A DNA stretch of 64,000 bases, taken from positions 27,152-91,151 of the forward strand of contig JAVCDA010000082.1 in NCBI GenBank assembly GCA_030765145.1, written 5' to 3'. The stretch is from Candidatus Saelkia tenebricola. GTDB taxonomy: Bacteria > Omnitrophota > Gorgyraeia > Kaelpiales > Kaelpiaceae. The position numbers and the translations under genes are program-made. The notes under the pieces are model-generated. The model was not told where the DNA came from, made no database searches, and worked only from the letters and a program-made list of their open reading frames with translations. Of the stretch, positions 38,931 to 48,896 are shown piece after piece (the first letter of the stretch is position 1; each line of letters starts with the position of its first letter).

Positions 38931-40823
38931 TTAAAAATCCTTAAATGTATACACTACCTCTTTATCCGATACCCAATATGGTTTTCCCATATGTTGTTGT
39001 AAAAAATAAATCAACAATGCTCCGGATTGCTTGGACAGTAAATCTTTATACACCACTAAATGTGTAAAAGAATGCTTTTTTAAATCTTCAATTTCATGAA
39101 TAATTTTTATATAAGCTTCTGTCCCTTCAGTAGTTATGTTTTCATACTCATCAGTCATAAATATTTCTGCTGCTAAAGTTTCCTCTATTCCTGCATTAAA
39201 ACCGCTATCCTTGATTAAATCTAACCGACTAAATTTATCAAGATAATTGATAAATAAATTATTTTTTAATGAAGGAGAAATGCCCTCAAATGCATCCAAA
39301 CTATAGATAACCTTTTTTTTATGATATGTTTGATAATAGAGACCTGGACGCAATAAGCGATAAATAAAATGGTTAATTGGAATTTCAATAATTGCTGCCC
39401 CAGGCTGATTTTTTAAGTCTATAACAAAATCCGGAACTGTAATAATGCAACGCCTAAAAGGATACGGCACAGGAGCAATTAGAAGATACTCCAATACAGT
39501 AGCTGTGACTATAAATAGAGCCAATATCGGCTTATGCCTTATTTTAATCTTTTTTAAGACATTAGCCAATCCAATACCCGCAAGTATAAATAAACTTAAA
39601 TACATCAATATGCTAAAACGGAAAGGCAAAGAAACATACGAAGAAAGAGGCAAAATATGATCTATTATGGAATAGGGCAGCATTTTTAAAAACAACATAT
39701 TCTTTATTTCTAAACCATTTATGCGAGGATACGGACCTAACGACAAGAGAAAGAAAAACACTGCGCAGATTGCCCAAAAAATTCTAATTGGATTCCCATG
39801 CCTACTAATTAATCCTATAATAGCTAATATTAAAACAATCCACCCTATATAAGTACTATGGACAAAATAGCCATCCTGTGATTCCGGGAGAACCAAAGAG
39901 TTGTATTCTGAACTTCTATCTTCACTCCTTTCTCGAAATTGATTAATTTTAAAACAGCCATTTAAATCTGTAAAATTTATATTTTTAAGAGCCCATTTAA
40001 CAGATTTTTCGTTTTTTATACCTACAACCTTTTTTTCATTTGTAACCGATTTAAAAAATACCCAATAAAATGGTGTACATAATGCTACGGCTATTATTGA
40101 AATAAATGCAATTCTCTTTAGAATAGCTTTCTTGTTCCCAATATCATTTTGGATAACTGCATTGTAAATCAGAAAAAAAATAGTAAATATTCCCAAAGAA
40201 AAACCTATATACCAAGAAGAAACCGTTGCTAAAAATAAAAATAAAATTCCCGATAAAATTACACCTAAATTGTTTTTTTCTTTTGCTCTAAATAATGATA
40301 GAACGTAATACGGCACCCAGCATACCCCTAAAAATTCATCCGTACCGTTATGAATAGTGCTAATAATAACCGGTGAAATAGAATAGCAAAGCCCTGCATA
40401 GAAAGCAGCGCTTTTGCTTTTCACTATATACCCCGCTAATTTATACATACCTAATGCTGCAATTAACATTAGCGCCATTATCATAAGATTATAAGAAACC
40501 GGTAATGGCAAAAATAAATAAAGCGGTAAAATCAAGATTGCGTTAATTAAGTTTATAGGATAAAAATACCCTCCCTGAGGATAAAAAATATTATCAGTAA
40601 AAAAAAGAGCGGTTCCATTTAAAATGCTATCTTTAACAAAACATATCCCCCATAAAGCATTCCAGGTATCTGTATATTGAGACCCTAAAACTGTTTTATT
40701 TAACCCTACAATAGTCGGAAATGTTATCGCTAAAATTAAAATAACATACAATAACAATACTAAACTTGTGGTCATACTAAACCAGGATTTTTCTTTTGTA
40801 ATCGAACTTTTACATTTTTTCAT
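38931..40823 (-). CDS. GT-C-like (YfhO/PMT-like) polytopic membrane protein
   Basis: DTWNALW, FTDNIFYPQG, YIGW, LSLGPY, PFRF, AIIEIP, YYQTYHKK; start shortened to the ATG at 40823. Confidence 0.75.
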   Translation of the reverse strand: MKKCKSSITKEKSWFSMTTSLVLLLYVILILAITFPTIVGLNKTVLGSQYTDTWNALWGICFVKDSILNGTALFFTDNIFYPQGGYFYPINLINAILILPLYLFLPLPVSYNLMIMALMLIAALGMYKLAGYIVKSKSAAFYAGLCYSISPVIISTIHNGTDEFLGVCWVPYYVLSLFRAKEKNNLGVILSGILFLFLATVSSWYIGFSLGIFTIFFLIYNAVIQNDIGNKKAILKRIAFISIIAVALCTPFYWVFFKSVTNEKKVVGIKNEKSVKWALKNINFTDLNGCFKINQFRERSEDRSSEYNSLVLPESQDGYFVHSTYIGWIVLILAIIGLISRHGNPIRIFWAICAVFFFLLSLGPYPRINGLEIKNMLFLKMLPYSIIDHILPLSSYVSLPFRFSILMYLSLFILAGIGLANVLKKIKIRHKPILALFIVTATVLEYLLIAPVPYPFRRCIITVPDFVIDLKNQPGAAIIEIPINHFIYRLLRPGLYYQTYHKKKVIYSLDAFEGISPSLKNNLFINYLDKFSRLDLIKDSGFNAGIEETLAAEIFMTDEYENITTEGTEAYIKIIHEIEDLKKHSFTHLVVYKDLLSKQSGALLIYFLQQHMGKPYWVSDKEVVYTFKDF

Positions 40824-42342
40824 AGAAAAATACTTTTGCCCCTTTAAATTTTTTCGATTCAATAATTTTAAAGTATTTATCTATCTGCTTTAAAAGCATA
40901 CGATCTTGAGGACTTTCTTCTACTATTTCAAATTCAAAAGAAGAAAGAATCAACCAAAAATTTTTTTTATCTTTTAATGCATAGTAGCCCGGTTTGTCAT
41001 GGTATCTTTCATAGCTATCAACTTCCGAAAATATTATCCTATCTGTTTCTTGAAAAGACGCCGCTAAGCAAACATTATTTTCTTTTAACCGGGCAATTTC
41101 CCCCTTTGACCTATTTGCATAGTATATGAAAGGATAAATCGTATTACGGCATGTGTGATATACAGCATCCCCTTCTTCATAATTTTTACCAATATACCGT
41201 ACTATTCCCCGGTGATCTTTCTTCCTCTGAATCCAAACATGCTCTTTATCAGAATAAGGAAGAATATTATTATAATAATTAACTAACGTTATTGTTGATA
41301 AAAAAGCTATACAAAACATACTTAAAACCAGCTTTTTATTGTTCAAACCAGACAAACCAGAAGCCACAATTAAATAATAGAACAATGCACTGGAAATAAA
41401 ATATCTATCTACATACATCGACTTAAACTTGGATGTTATAAAAATAGCCCCGACAGGCAAAATTAAACAAAGTAAGCTAAGTATCAAAGATTTATCTTTT
41501 TTAAACTTCATAACACCTTGGATGAAGAAAAAAACAAATATAGCAACAGTACACAAAGAAACCAAATACACAGCGTGATAACCTATGCTAAAAGTCTTAA
41601 GGGTTAAAAATAAAGATTTTAAAGAAACTGCCGGCGCCCAAAAATATTTATACGTAGATGTGGATTTTTTTATATTTTCTAATGCATTGTAACTTAATAC
41701 TAACCAGGGAGAAGATAGTAAAAAAATTAAAATATTGCCTATAAAACATCTTTTTTTTATTTTTTTACTTAATTTTCTAAAAATTACGGAAATAAAAATT
41801 ATTTCGGCTATCCAAAAAAATACTCCTATATAATGAGTATACATATTAAGCAAAGTAATTATTACAAAACCTATCCAGAAACCATTTGTTTCATTTTTTA
41901 AAGATCTGATAAAAAGATATGCAGAAGATAAAGTAAGCAATGTAATTAAAGAATACATCCTTGCTTCTTGAGAATAATAAATCTGAAATGGAGAAATCGC
42001 TAATAAAAAAGCGCCAATTAATCCTACTTTATCTGTGAAAAGCGCTTTTCCTACAAGAAATATCATTAAAATAGAGATCGAACCAAAAATTGCCGAAGGA
42101 AATCTTAAGCCAAATTCAGAATCAGTAATTTGCATCCAAAATTTCATAAACAAACCATATAAAGGAGGAGTAAAATCTTTTGGTGATATCTGCTCTGCAT
42201 CTTGAACCTGTATAACAGAAAGGGCTTCGTCATACCAAAGACTATAATTACTTAAATTATAGAACCTTAGACTTAATCCTAATAATACAATTAAAACCAG
42301 TAGAGACATAATTGATTTTCTTTTATAAAAAATTACACCCAT
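40810..42342 (-). CDS. GT39/PMT_2-like GT-C glycosyltransferase
   Basis: LRFYNL..SLWYDE, TPPLY, LRFPSA, SPFQIYYSQEARMY, YTHY. Confidence 0.85.
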   Translation of the reverse strand: MGVIFYKRKSIMSLLVLIVLLGLSLRFYNLSNYSLWYDEALSVIQVQDAEQISPKDFTPPLYGLFMKFWMQITDSEFGLRFPSAIFGSISILMIFLVGKALFTDKVGLIGAFLLAISPFQIYYSQEARMYSLITLLTLSSAYLFIRSLKNETNGFWIGFVIITLLNMYTHYIGVFFWIAEIIFISVIFRKLSKKIKKRCFIGNILIFLLSSPWLVLSYNALENIKKSTSTYKYFWAPAVSLKSLFLTLKTFSIGYHAVYLVSLCTVAIFVFFFIQGVMKFKKDKSLILSLLCLILPVGAIFITSKFKSMYVDRYFISSALFYYLIVASGLSGLNNKKLVLSMFCIAFLSTITLVNYYNNILPYSDKEHVWIQRKKDHRGIVRYIGKNYEEGDAVYHTCRNTIYPFIYYANRSKGEIARLKENNVCLAASFQETDRIIFSEVDSYERYHDKPGYYALKDKKNFWLILSSFEFEIVEESPQDRMLLKQIDKYFKIIESKKFKGAKVFFYEKM

Positions 42343-42405
42343 TATATATTCTGTTTTTTATTTTTTTTATTTTGTAACCAATTTATTTGAATATTAAAAT
42401 CATTC

Positions 42406-43770
42406 CTAAACATATTCAGATATACTTTTAGCAGATTCTATGCCCATTTTGATAGCTTCATCCATATTAGCATATTTGAATTGCCCTTGACGACCAGTTG
42501 AAGACAAATTCTCTATACGCTGTAAAACATCTCCTGCTTCAGATAAAATTTGTTTATAATTTAAGGAATATATAGGATAGGCATTCTCTATACTACTACT
42601 AAAACAATCAATTATTTCTTTCTCACTTATATTTAATCCAATTTTTTTTAATCCTTTTAAAGATGATTTCAATATTACACTATCTTCTGCAGACCAAATT
42701 TCATCCCCCTTACTACAGGAAATCTCTAAAGATATCGAGGCATATCCTGTAGGCGTATTATTAGGGTGCCAATTTTTGGGTTCTTGAAGTCGGAAAAAAA
42801 TTATTTCTTTGCTGGGAATATATATCCAAGTGTAATCAGTTACTTTCTCTCTTCTTAGCATGAGATTTAATATTTTTACAGACCTATATTTTAATACCTC
42901 ATCAACTTTTAAAGAATCTATACCTAAAGGAGGATTTAAAACCTTTATTAACTTATTAATCGGAATGGTAGAAATAATATATTTTGGACAGAAAATAATC
43001 TTATTATTACCTTGAAGACAATCTATTTTCAACACCTTTAGCTTATCATGATGAATGGCCAGAATATTTGTATCAAAAATAAATTCTGCCCCTTTTTTTT
43101 CTGCAATATTTTTAAACTCCTCGGCTATTTGTCCAATACCACCCTGCTGAGGGTAATAAAAATCATCATATAAGCTTTTAGAAGAGGTTAATCTTTTGAA
43201 AAAAACATTAAGAATTATCTGTTTATAGTCTAAATTAGGAATTCTTTCAACCGCCCAATCAGATGACATCATAGAAGGAGATATTCCCCATAATTTTTCG
43301 TTGTATTGTTTAAAAAAACTTTGATATAAATAAAATCCAAATTTACTAATTAAATATTGTTCCAAATTTATATCCTTTTCTCTCCCTACTAACCTGCTGG
43401 TCATTTCATACATTAATGACTTAAAAATACCTATTTTATCTGTCAATCGCAGATTAAAATTTAAATCATGCATGTTTAAAGGATACCCAAAGTATCTTTC
43501 CTTCCAATAAACCATACTTTTGCGTGGACGTTTTACTAAATCTTCTCCCATTATTTTTTTTACTAACTGTAATATTTCCACATGTTTTGTTAAAAATCTA
43601 TGTCCCCCTAGATCAAATAAAAACCCGTCTTTATGTAATGTCCTACACATACCTCCTGCATTTGGTTCTTTCTCTAACACGATAACTTTAACGCCTTTTT
43701 GTGTTAAATAATGTGCTGCAGCAAGACCGGATATGCCCGCCCCTATTATTAAAACATCGGTCTTAATCAT
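42406..43770 (-). CDS. FAD-dependent oxidoreductase (protoporphyrinogen oxidase / UGM-like)
   Basis: GAGISG, AGGMC, FDLGGHRF, AYPIY, GRQGQFKYANMD. Confidence 0.85.
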   Translation of the reverse strand: MIKTDVLIIGAGISGLAAAHYLTQKGVKVIVLEKEPNAGGMCRTLHKDGFLFDLGGHRFLTKHVEILQLVKKIMGEDLVKRPRKSMVYWKERYFGYPLNMHDLNFNLRLTDKIGIFKSLMYEMTSRLVGREKDINLEQYLISKFGFYLYQSFFKQYNEKLWGISPSMMSSDWAVERIPNLDYKQIILNVFFKRLTSSKSLYDDFYYPQQGGIGQIAEEFKNIAEKKGAEFIFDTNILAIHHDKLKVLKIDCLQGNNKIIFCPKYIISTIPINKLIKVLNPPLGIDSLKVDEVLKYRSVKILNLMLRREKVTDYTWIYIPSKEIIFFRLQEPKNWHPNNTPTGYASISLEISCSKGDEIWSAEDSVILKSSLKGLKKIGLNISEKEIIDCFSSSIENAYPIYSLNYKQILSEAGDVLQRIENLSSTGRQGQFKYANMDEAIKMGIESAKSISEYV

Positions 43771-45608
43771 ATGTTGTGTATTTCATAAATAATAATTTCA
43801 TCATTAGTGGAACAATCCTCCTCAGGATTTACTAAAATCTGATTAAGTATTAATCTAATCTCATCATAGTTTTCTTCGCTCGGCAAATCTTTTTTGTGTA
43901 CTAGAATGTACTTGTAATTATATTTCATAAGTATATTTATACTTTGCTGTAATTTTTGATTATCTATAACGCAGTTAGAAACAGAAATCTTCTCGTTGCT
44001 TAAATCCTCGAGTATATTCAGCAAATAATTATTTTCTATATCAGGGGGATAATTTCGAGAGACAATATGTGCCGGGACATGACCATTTAACCTTTTTTTA
44101 TTATGTATTACCTGATAATAACTATATTTATAACTTTTTTGTGGCAATCTATCTAATATATTCGAATTTCTTGTAAAGGGGACTTCAATAATAGCAAAAT
44201 CAGCACAATTCTGGGCAAATTTTAAATAAACTTCAGGCACAACTATAGGATTATGCGGTAATACAAAATGAAACTGCGTTGAAAAAATAAACAATAAAAA
44301 CACAATAACAGTAAACAATACCTTCTGTCTTTGCTGTAACTTATATTTATTAAAAATTACATCCATTCCATGCCCCGATAGCATGGCCAGACTTAGGATA
44401 GAAATTATACAAAATCTCAAGGGAAATTGAACCCTTCCCAATCCTGGAATAAAACGCGAACACACCGTATAAGGCATTATGTTGATCGTTTTTACTAATA
44501 AACGCTCACCTATTATCAAGCAAGGACCAAAAGCTAAAGACGTAAAAAATAAAAAACAGAAAATGTAGAACAAAACCTGTCTGTTTTTAAACCTCAATAA
44601 CGCTATTCCTGATAAAAAAAATGGAATAATCCAAAGCTTAAAGTAAAAAGGCCTATGCCAATCCACTTTTGAATCATGTATAAGGCTTTTAGCATCAAGT
44701 GAAGATTCAAATTTAATCTGGAACCAGGCTCCATAATAGTTTTCTTTTACATTGGAATATAGTGCTTCCAACATAACATTTTCATTATTAATTTCTGAAA
44801 TATTGTTTAAAAATTTTCTATCTATTTCTGATATTTGTTCCTCCTGAGAGCTATAATCTATACTTCTATATACTAAAAAAAGAAAGCTTCCGATTATTAA
44901 AACCCATAAAATTACTTTAGGAATAAAAATAGATGGCTTATTTAAAACACCCTTATAGTCCAAATTAAATACAAAATACACGATTGTAAAAAGTAATAAT
45001 ATGTAGCCAACATACCAGCACCATGCCGCTGTCATAATAAACCAGAAACAGGAAAGCAGGGTATATTTTACTGTCTTTGATTCAAACATTTTGCATAAAT
45101 AAAGTATATATAAAAACCCCCATCCTAAATTAACAAACTCTAAAAACCCATGTTTTATATGAAAATTAATAAGGGGATTAAATGCTAGCATGTACCCGGT
45201 AAAAAAACCTATCAATTTACTCTTGAATAAATAACTGGTTAATAAATATCCTCCCAAACAACTAAAAAGTAGTGAAAATAAAATTGTAAGATTATATGTA
45301 ATGTTATGATTATTAAATACAATCTGGATAGGAATTGTAAAATACGACAGTAGAAAACCACTATTGCCATTCCATATATCGATACCATCCGGATAGCAAA
45401 TATATTCGGTAAAATAGAACCCTTTGTGCAAATCTATTAAAGATTTCTTTGCCCACCAAAAATCCCAGTAGTGAATGTATTTATCCACAACATTTAACCC
45501 AATACCCTCTTTGTCAAAATAGAAAGTCAAAGGAACAGTTGCAGTTGCAATTAAAATAAGGGTTATATAAGCAAAAACTATTACTATACTTGTGAATTTG
45601 GCTTTCAT
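43767..45608 (-). CDS. GT-C-like (YfhO/PMT-like) polytopic membrane protein
   Basis: DKYIHYWDFWW, FTEYICYPDG, LAFGP, FPLRF, AIIEVP, YYQVIHNK. Confidence 0.75.
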   Translation of the reverse strand: MKAKFTSIVIVFAYITLILIATATVPLTFYFDKEGIGLNVVDKYIHYWDFWWAKKSLIDLHKGFYFTEYICYPDGIDIWNGNSGFLLSYFTIPIQIVFNNHNITYNLTILFSLLFSCLGGYLLTSYLFKSKLIGFFTGYMLAFNPLINFHIKHGFLEFVNLGWGFLYILYLCKMFESKTVKYTLLSCFWFIMTAAWCWYVGYILLLFTIVYFVFNLDYKGVLNKPSIFIPKVILWVLIIGSFLFLVYRSIDYSSQEEQISEIDRKFLNNISEINNENVMLEALYSNVKENYYGAWFQIKFESSLDAKSLIHDSKVDWHRPFYFKLWIIPFFLSGIALLRFKNRQVLFYIFCFLFFTSLAFGPCLIIGERLLVKTINIMPYTVCSRFIPGLGRVQFPLRFCIISILSLAMLSGHGMDVIFNKYKLQQRQKVLFTVIVFLLFIFSTQFHFVLPHNPIVVPEVYLKFAQNCADFAIIEVPFTRNSNILDRLPQKSYKYSYYQVIHNKKRLNGHVPAHIVSRNYPPDIENNYLLNILEDLSNEKISVSNCVIDNQKLQQSINILMKYNYKYILVHKKDLPSEENYDEIRLILNQILVNPEEDCSTNDEIIIYEIHNI

Positions 45609-47299
45609 TTTAACTTATACATGCTTATTCGTTCATCGGAGTTATCTATTAAAATACAGCTTTCTAACAACAACCGTTCAAGCGCTTTTTTTGTACCTTC
45701 GTTTAAAAACTCATTATGAAGTAAAAGATAGAGAAATCCGTCTTTTTTAAGCTCAGAGCAAGATTGAACTAAAATTTCGATTTCGGATTTAGACATATAT
45801 ATAACGTTACCTAGATTGAACAAAATTAAATTTAAAAAAGGATTTTCTTCTATGTAATCCCAATGCTTTATATTTTTGGCACTGGGAGAAAGATAACTTA
45901 CCGCATAAGGAATAGATTTCTCATGTAATGTTTGGTAATACATATACTTGCCACAAAGTAGATGATTGTAAAGATCAAAAGGAATATCAATAATTGCATA
46001 ATCATTTTTATCTTTGGCCAATTCCTGATAAATGGCTGGTATCTGCATATCGGTTACTGGTAAAGGATACGGCCCGGGAGATACCAATAAAACCTCAGCA
46101 ATTATTGTTATTGCAGTGATTGAAACTAATAATTTATTACGCCTATCTCTATTTATTATTTCCACAAGAAAGAGCATTCCATAACCTGATATTACAGCAA
46201 TAATCAATAAGCATACAGCAAATGCACGATATGTGTTGATAACAGGTAAAAATTTACTGGGCAAATAAAAATTATAAAAAACATGCTCAAATAATGAAAG
46301 ACGACAACCCAATGTTAAAATCAAAAAAAATATCCCTAAAAAACACCATTTTACTACCTCTTTTCTATGCCTTGAAACAACTGCAAGCAAAGATAACGAT
46401 AAACAACTGAATCCAATGTAAGTAGATTTCATAAAATGCCTTACTGTTGAATCAAAAACTAATTTCCCGGGCGTAAAAAAATCTTTTATATCTACTATAA
46501 AATCAAGCTGACTTTTATAAATATCTATGGAGGTTTTAAAAAAAATGAACCGCGTAATAAGAACATACGCCATAGGGGCAATAAAAATTGCATATAAAAC
46601 TAATACCCAAAAACAAGATAATAACGTTTTTTTATAACAGACAAATTTAGCTCTCATAACAATAATTATAAAAATATAAAGCAGAGTAAAGAATAAAAGA
46701 TAAAGCCCGTAATACCAACAAGATAACGTGGTAAATAACAACAACAACCCCGACATAAAAATATATCTTCTACGGTTTGTATTTATTAATTTTAAAAACA
46801 TAAGGATGTACAGGGGTAAAAACACCAAGTTAATGGTTTCCAAAGCCCCATTATAAATTTGTCCAAACACATATGCATTTATTCCATATATTATTCCGGA
46901 TATAAAACTTGCATATCCATTATGTGTTAAATATTTTGCGAGAAAAAACATGGCAACACAATTTAAAAAAATTAGCATCATAACCAAAAAATTATAACTA
47001 GTAGTAATGTTGAATAGAAAAGTAAACGGAATTGCTAAAAAATCCGTAAACAGAATCGGGATATGACGATGAACATTAACTCCGGCAGGATAAAAAATTT
47101 TATCTGTATAAAAATCTGCTTTTAAAATTTGATTAAAAGCTGTCTGATCCCACCATATATGCCAACAACTGACCCAAACATCATTAAACTTATCTCCCAA
47201 CACATGAGTCGATATGTCAGGAAACAGAAAATAAAATATTCCTATCACAATTAATAAAAATAAAACCACCGCAATCCAATTGCTATTTATTTTCATCAT
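45605..47299 (-). CDS. GT-C-like (YfhO/PMT-like) polytopic membrane protein
   Basis: DVWVSCWHIWW, YTDKIFYPAG, YIGF, AIIDIP, MYYQTLHEK. Confidence 0.75.
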   Translation of the reverse strand: MMKINSNWIAVVLFLLIVIGIFYFLFPDISTHVLGDKFNDVWVSCWHIWWDQTAFNQILKADFYTDKIFYPAGVNVHRHIPILFTDFLAIPFTFLFNITTSYNFLVMMLIFLNCVAMFFLAKYLTHNGYASFISGIIYGINAYVFGQIYNGALETINLVFLPLYILMFLKLINTNRRRYIFMSGLLLLFTTLSCWYYGLYLLFFTLLYIFIIIVMRAKFVCYKKTLLSCFWVLVLYAIFIAPMAYVLITRFIFFKTSIDIYKSQLDFIVDIKDFFTPGKLVFDSTVRHFMKSTYIGFSCLSLSLLAVVSRHRKEVVKWCFLGIFFLILTLGCRLSLFEHVFYNFYLPSKFLPVINTYRAFAVCLLIIAVISGYGMLFLVEIINRDRRNKLLVSITAITIIAEVLLVSPGPYPLPVTDMQIPAIYQELAKDKNDYAIIDIPFDLYNHLLCGKYMYYQTLHEKSIPYAVSYLSPSAKNIKHWDYIEENPFLNLILFNLGNVIYMSKSEIEILVQSCSELKKDGFLYLLLHNEFLNEGTKKALERLLLESCILIDNSDERISMYKLK

Positions 47300-47337
47300 C
47301 TAAAATCATTAACGTAACAAAGTAAAAATACATTACT

Positions 47338-48873
47338 TTATTGAGTAATCAAAGATTTAAAATTTAACCACCTTTTAATTATCTTCAAATTTATTTCGCC
47401 TTTTAATAAACCTGAAGACACAATGAAAATCATCTTTAATAAATTAACAAACTGTGCAAAACATTTAATAATGTATGGATTTTTTTTCAAATATTGACTT
47501 TTAGAAACAGCTTTTAAAAATTCAATAGGAATAAATCTTTTAGAAGCTAAAACCAATAGACTAGTCCAGAATATATCTTCCTTAGACCTTTTAAAGTTTA
47601 AATCTACTCTATATTGATAAAATATCTTCTTAATAACTTCAAGCTGCTCGCTATACTTAATGTAGCCATCCGATATTAATTTTTTTGCCAAAGGGGTATT
47701 AGGATAAATGGTTAAAGAAAATAAATACAGCTCATATGGCCGGGGCAAGGAACAAATTAGTTTAAATAATTCATTTTTATCATTAGAAGTAGATACCGGG
47801 TCATCTAAAATCACCTGGTAACAACTTTTTAACCCGAGGGACCTGAGAACATTGGCAGCAGCAATCACTTGATCATTATTCTGATGCCGGCTATAAAGAA
47901 CTTTGTTTATTCTTTCTGTATTCTGAACTCCGACTAATACTGTATCTAAACCTGCTTTTTTTAATAACAATAAACTCTCTTTGTTAATTACTGATGGATG
48001 GGTTAAAATATCAAACGGTAACGCAATATGTTTTTTATATTCTTTACTGAAATTTCGAAGCCAATTTTTATCTGCAATAAATAGTTCGTCATCAAACCTT
48101 ATCCTCTTTAATTTGGGGAAAAATTTCTTTGCCTCCAATAGCTCCTGAATTATATTATCTACACTTCGACAGCGATAAAGATAGCTCCCGTAATTTTTAT
48201 ATATATCTTTCAATAAAGAAATCATGCAAAAAGAACACTGATACAGACATCCTCTGGAGGCATTAATCAGATAGATTCTGTCATTTAAACAAGGGTCCCC
48301 TTTTGCTACAGACTTTTTATCTATAAAATATTTATCTTGACTCATGAAATCTCTAAACGGGATGGAATTTAAATCGGCAACCACCGGTCGAAGCGGATTT
48401 CTAGAAATAATTTTATCTTTGTTCCGCCATATATTTAAAATGTTATCCAGTCTTTCATTTTGAAAAAATTTATTTACAAATTCAATGAATGCCTCTTCTG
48501 CCTCTCCTATGCATATAAAATCAACTACCTTGATACATTCTTCAGGCATAGAAGTTGGATGCATTCCACCCCAAATAACAGGTAAGTTTAATTCTTCCTT
48601 TATCTGGTTTGTAATATTGCTCGCTATATTCATAAACCCGGACGTTCTTACACTCACCCCTAAAAGATCCGCATCATATTGTTTTAAAATTTTTATGACA
48701 CTATTAATCTCATATTCATTAGGTAGTTCAAGACAATTATTTTTCCAATCTTTAAGATAAATTTCTATCACCCGATAACCATTTTCCCTTAAAATAGAAG
48801 ACAAAACTCTTAAACCATTATTTTCAACAGTATAAAGTGACATTAAACCAACTGTTTGATTCTTCTTATTCAT
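47338..48873 (-). CDS. cobalamin-dependent radical SAM enzyme (paralog of 27901-29415)
   Basis: WGGMHPT, GEAE, SRGCLYQCSFC, FDDELF. Confidence 0.9.
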   Translation of the reverse strand: MNKKNQTVGLMSLYTVENNGLRVLSSILRENGYRVIEIYLKDWKNNCLELPNEYEINSVIKILKQYDADLLGVSVRTSGFMNIASNITNQIKEELNLPVIWGGMHPTSMPEECIKVVDFICIGEAEEAFIEFVNKFFQNERLDNILNIWRNKDKIISRNPLRPVVADLNSIPFRDFMSQDKYFIDKKSVAKGDPCLNDRIYLINASRGCLYQCSFCMISLLKDIYKNYGSYLYRCRSVDNIIQELLEAKKFFPKLKRIRFDDELFIADKNWLRNFSKEYKKHIALPFDILTHPSVINKESLLLLKKAGLDTVLVGVQNTERINKVLYSRHQNNDQVIAAANVLRSLGLKSCYQVILDDPVSTSNDKNELFKLICSLPRPYELYLFSLTIYPNTPLAKKLISDGYIKYSEQLEVIKKIFYQYRVDLNFKRSKEDIFWTSLLVLASKRFIPIEFLKAVSKSQYLKKNPYIIKCFAQFVNLLKMIFIVSSGLLKGEINLKIIKRWLNFKSLITQ

Positions 48874-48896
48874 TGCAATACAAAAATCATTACCTG

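Noticed and set aside
18866-43770. Calling the three FAD enzymes hemY or glf
   Set aside because: Only family-level motifs are visible, and three copies with no heme or galactofuranose context argue against a specific name.
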